From: Torpedo marmorata
Lineage: Eukaryota
DNA: 64,000 nt
NCBI GenBank assembly: GCA_977017645.1
Contig: OZ360221.1
Span: 192,696,001 to 192,760,000, forward strand
Reading direction: 5' to 3'
This document shows, piece by piece, positions 60,766 to 64,000 of this stretch (positions within the stretch are counted from its first letter, which is position 1; each line of letters begins with the position of its first letter). The notes below the pieces were generated by a model. That model searched no databases and was not told the origin of the DNA. It saw nothing but the letters and a program-made list of their open reading frames with translations. The translations under genes were made by a program, and so were the position numbers.

Positions 60766-61993
60766 TATGTACGTATATATCTGATTATTATGTATTGTGC
60801 AATGTGTGTGTATGTATAAGCACCGTGGTCTGGAAAAAAACAGTTTCATCGGGTTGTGTACATACAGTTAGATGATGATAATAAACTTGAACTTGAACTT
60901 GAGATTCAGCCAATCAGTGTATTTAACAAATCAATAGATTCTTAGATAATAAGAAATCAAAGGGTGTTTTGTAAGTGCAGGGAAGTCTTCTTGAACAGAA
61001 GGTCAACCATGACATTATTAACTAGCAAAGCAGAAATGAAGGGCTGAATGACCTTGTCACTTTTCTATTTCTTCTGCCCTCATGGTGATCTTTCGTTGCA
61101 CATGTACAATGTAGCACAATTTACACTGGTCTGAACGGCCTTCATTAATTTTCCTCATCTCCTTCCTCTGGTCTTCAAACCTATTAACTTTGTGCTCAAT
61201 GATCAGCACTTTAAATAATAACATCTGGTAATGAAAAATCATTTTCTTTTTATTCTTTGAAAATTAATTCGTGTTTTACAATTAAGTAATATTTGTTTTG
61301 GCTGATCAAATTTTTGAGTTCCTGCACAATTCAATAGAGTTGTCTGTTCTATCTGAAAAGTAATTCTATAATTTGATGTAACCATAGAGACAGTCCTTTA
61401 GATCAAGGGAATAATCCCCTTAAAGGAGGTACAAGTGGTAGGAAAGGATTGCGTCCATTAGATGGAGAGCTTCATCTTTTGAAGTTTATTAAATTACACG
61501 CTAGTTGCCAATATTCATTTTTGTTCCAATTTGTCTGGACACTTAATTATTTGCCATTACATTATTTATAATTAAGATTAATTTTGTGCACATTTTTTGT
61601 GGCTCAAGAGTTTAGAATGAATGAACAAACATAACTCTCCATTAGTGGTAAATCTTTGCAGCTACAATCCATTAAGTTTCCATATATGTGATAATAAAAA
61701 CATCACTTAAACCATCTTTATTTCTCCATAAAGCACTTATGATGTTTTCTGCCAACCTTCCTGAAAAATATTCTAACTTGTTATTGAGTGTACAATTAAT
61801 TGATTCAAATCTGCATAAAACTTGGATTTCTGATTTACTGAGTTCATTTGGATAACCTTGACATTGCAGTCAATTTAAAGATCCCATAGCACCTCTGGCT
61901 CAAAATGCAAGTGGCTGGGAAATAAAATACATCAGAGCACCAAGGAAATTGGGGAGGGAAGAGGTGAGCATTCTCACTAAGAGTAGGAAACTC

Positions 61994-62991
61994 TTCTTAA
62001 AATATTTTTATTGAGTTTAACATATATCACATATACATGATCCGTAATAGACAGATAGTATATCTTTTCGTATGCATATAGTATAACTTATTTGTATTAC
62101 ATGGAACCATTTTCATATAGATCACAGTTCATTTCTATTTAATTTTTTTTTAAATTAACAGTAATAGACATAGCTAAACCCCTTTCCAAATTACTCAAAA
62201 TAAGAAAGGAAACAAACAAAAAACAATAAAAAGAAAAAAAAAAGAAAAAATTCAACAAAAAAATCCCAAAACTAACCTAATTCTATTCTAACCCCTTCCT
62301 CTAATCAAGATTGCCATTTAAAAGAAAAAGAAAAGTACGAATATGGATCGAACAGCGACCTCCAGACCTCAGACAAAGACTCTTCGGAGCATCCAAATCT
62401 GTTAAATCTTCCAATCGTGATAATATTCCATGAATGGGCCCCAAATCTTATCAAATTGAAAGTTATTGTCTTTAATGTTGTATCTAATTTTCTCTGGACT
62501 TAAACACGTCATTACATCGTGTAACCACTGTGTATGCATAGGGGAGGAATCTTCTGGCATTAAGAGTGATTGGGAACATGATTTGAACATAACTTTTTCA
62601 GACGAAGATTGACATTCTACTCTTAGTTTAATCAATGATTCCTCATTCTGTGCCAGGAACTGTTTATTACAATTTAAAGTGGCACATAGAGTACACATGT
62701 CTAAACTTAAATTATCTCATTTTTATGCTGATATTGACCCACTATGTGAGAAATGTAAATTTTTTGAAGCTTCATTGATTCATATGTTTTGGGAATGTCC
62801 AAATTTAGGAAGTTTTTGGGGAAATATATTTCAAATTTTATCAATGATTTTTATAATTAAAATACAACCATGTCCATTGATTGCTTTATTTAGATTTTCT
62901 CGAGCACCGGATATACTTACCTCTGCAACCCAGGAGAAAGATTTAGCTTTTACTATGCTGATAGCCAGATGGGCAATTCTATTGAAATGGA
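61994..62991 (-). mobile_element. L1-clade copy with 5' inversion and 15-bp TSD
   Basis: Minus part 61994-62554; inverted (+) part 62555-62995; TSD aagagtaggaaactc at 61979-61993 and 62992-63006. Confidence 0.9.
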
Positions 62992-63059
62992 AAGAGTAGG
63001 AAACTCGAATAACCATGAAAGAGATGCAGCCACAATATTTATCGCCCTTTTATTTGTAG

Positions 63060-64000
63060 TCATATATCATTGAGGCAAAGGTAGATCAGAAGGTAAATTG
63101 TAAGGAGGGAATAAGTTGTAAGGAGGGAATATGAGGATTCATTAAGAGAGTGGACAAAGATGTGTCAAATGGAGGGAAAAGGGACAATGTAAAATTGTCC
63201 AATTTGACAGGAGAAAGCTAATAAAATGTTATCTAAATGATGAGAGATTGGAGAGGGATTTGGGTGTTCCGGTGTATGTTCATGGAAGGCACTATGCAAG
63301 TGTGGCCAGTAACTACAATAGCTAACCGACCATTTTAGTTGATTGCAGAGAATTGATTGAAAAAAGCAGCAATGTTCTGTTTTGGATATGTAGTATGCTT
63401 AGCAACACAAATGGAGAGGGTGGTAAAGAAGGCATTTAGTACATTGGCCTTTATCAGTTGGGATATTGAACATAAAGGATTTACAAGACATGTTGCAGCT
63501 GTACAAAACTTTGGTTAGACCACATTTGGAGTATTGTGTACAGTTCCAGTCACCACTTTATAGAAAGTATGTGGAAACTTTGGAGTGGGTGCAGAAGAGG
63601 TGTCCAGGATGTTGCAGAGATTGGAGAGTATGAGCTAAAAGGAGAGGTTGAACAAACTGATTATTTTCTCTAGAGTGTCTGAGGCTGATAGAAAGAATCA
63701 TTTTCTCAGGGTGGAAATGTCAATTACTAGAGGGCTTAGCCTTGAGGTGAGAGGACGACATTTAGTGGAGATTCAAGAAGCAGCTGTTTTCACACGGAGA
63801 GTGATAGGTGCTTGGAAAACATTGCCATGGGGAGCTGGTGAAAGCAGATATGATAGCAATGTTTAAGGGGCATTTGAACAGACACATGAATATGCAGAGA
63901 ATGGAGGACATTTGAACAGACATGAACGTGCAGAGAATGGAGAGATATAGATCATGTGCTGGCAGATAGGATTAGTTTAAATTGGCATCGTAGATGGCAC
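63060..64000 (+). mobile_element. CR1 RT 3' fragment, degenerate
   Basis: LYKTLVRPHLEYCVQF, VKKAFSTLAFI, TRG..L motifs. Confidence 0.8.

Larger units (their letters stand above)
57600..60902 (+). mobile_element. Rex1/Babar-type LINE interrupted by two insertions
   Basis: VNPRKAAGPDNI, STDDAI, KFADD; resumes at 59806 and about 60766; (cttgaa)n tail at about 60885-60902. Confidence 0.8.

Overview
Eukaryotic (vertebrate) repeat-dense DNA. The repeat inventory (CR1 with esterase ORF1, V-SINE-like tRNA SINEs, Rex1/Babar, L1/Tx1, Penelope) suggests a cartilaginous fish; this is inference. No complete host gene is recognisable, only a few candidate isolated exons. The main signal is a very young BEL/Pao LTR element (20971-26912, minus strand) with 632-bp near-identical LTRs and a 5-bp TSD (ACAAG). 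It has lost RT, RNase H and the integrase core but keeps an uninterrupted 1282-aa ORF. In that ORF, Gag-protease is fused in frame to an N-terminal SAFB/SLTM-like SAP domain and to C-terminal coiled-coil blocks that closely resemble vertebrate MIPOL1, i.e. apparent host-gene capture by a non-autonomous LTR element. Also present: a complete but decayed PIF/Harbinger transposon whose Myb/SANT gene carries a homogeneous 22 x 42-bp in-frame minisatellite; two L1 copies with 5' inversions (twin-priming geometry); a Penelope element with inverted termini, a 14-bp TSD and hammerhead-like motifs; a composite hAT MITE; and two unexplained GC-rich elements with Rex1-like tails. All family assignments come from motif recognition, not database searches. 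Boundaries of old repeats are approximate.
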